A DNA stretch of 64,000 nt. Origin: Gordius albopunctatus. Taxonomy: Eukaryota. The position numbers and the translations under genes were made by a program. Positions 63,360 to 64,000 of the stretch are shown in pieces. The notes under the pieces were generated by a model. It made no database searches, was not told the DNA's origin, and was given only the letters and a program-made list of their open reading frames with translations. The stretch spans positions 4,774,001-4,838,000 of the forward strand of contig OZ193909.1 of the NCBI GenBank assembly GCA_964276515.1, given 5' to 3'. Each line of letters starts with the position of its first letter. The stretch's first letter is position 1.

Positions 63360-64000
63360 TGTAGCGAGGTTATTAATTTGAATAATAGCGGTGAATTGTA
63401 AGGTATTCCAATTATAATGAGTGGTGAAATAATACGTTTAAGATATATGAATAGTGTTGTTTTTTCTCCTCAATAAATTATATTCCAACCCCTCTCACTA
63501 AAAAATGGTGACCCCGTTCTTTTTTCCCACAACAATCTCATAAATTAATTAGTTATTGCTCGCAAACAATAATTTTTTTTAATATTATTCATTCAAATGT
63601 AAAAAGAACAGGAGATTGAAGCAACTATAGAGCTGAAGATACCCACATTTTATCGCTGGCTGGCCCAGGCAGAGACCGTATATCAGACAATAAGAATTAC
63701 TTCAGAAAAAGCAAAATTTGGTTAAATTCTTGAAACGTTACCCCCCTAAATCGCCGAAGAGGTGGAGGATTTAATCATTAAGATCCCACCTGATCAACCA
63801 TTTCAGAAACTCAAACAAGCACTTATCAAGAGGGTCGGCAACTCAGATGAATCAAGATTGATGGAATTTCTAACGGCAGTAGATTTAGGGGATAGATCCC
63901 CATCTCAGCTTTTACGGTACATGAAAAGTTTAGTGGGAACATACGTTCTTGACCAAAAGATTCTAAAGGAACTCTGGCTCAGCAAATTGCCGTGTGAACT
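63360..64000 (+). mobile_element. Gypsy LTR retrotransposon 5' end (LTR, PBS, disrupted gag), runs off the window
   Basis: LTR TGTAGCGAG...CTCACTAAA (63360-63502) with AATAAA; PBS TGGTGACCCCG at 63506-63516; gag LKIPTFY, EVEDLI...FQKLKQALIKR...LGDRSPSQLLRYMKSL...ELWLSKLP. Confidence 0.85.

Overview
AT-rich nuclear DNA from an intron-containing animal, probably an invertebrate; the species cannot be determined from this window. Four intact multi-exon host genes were reconstructed by hand from splice sites and reading frames: Rab40 (+, 4812-9418), a GH31 lysosomal alpha-glucosidase (GAA-like; -, 10311-21713), cysteine string protein DNAJC5 (-, 28596-31892) and the splicing factor WBP11 (-, 38265-49373). 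The rest is a dense, often nested set of transposable elements, most delimited by TIRs/LTRs and many by target-site duplications (TSDs): Ty3/gypsy (one full-length decayed copy, a solo LTR, two head-to-head copies at the right edge), RTE and CRE-type LINEs, hAT, PIF/Harbinger, piggyBac, P-element/THAP9-like and nested Helitrons. Most notable observations: (i) a near full-length RTE LINE with a tRNA-derived Pol III-type head directly upstream of its ORF, plus a ~200-bp SINE 8 kb away made of a related head, the LINE 5'UTR and the LINE 3' end; (ii) all four genes have a CpG-depleted 5' zone containing 37-41-nt introns, followed by CpG-rich 3' portions with longer, often TE-filled introns; (iii) Rab40 ends in RTLL, one base from a CTLL prenylation motif. 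All coordinates and counts were read by eye and need computational confirmation.
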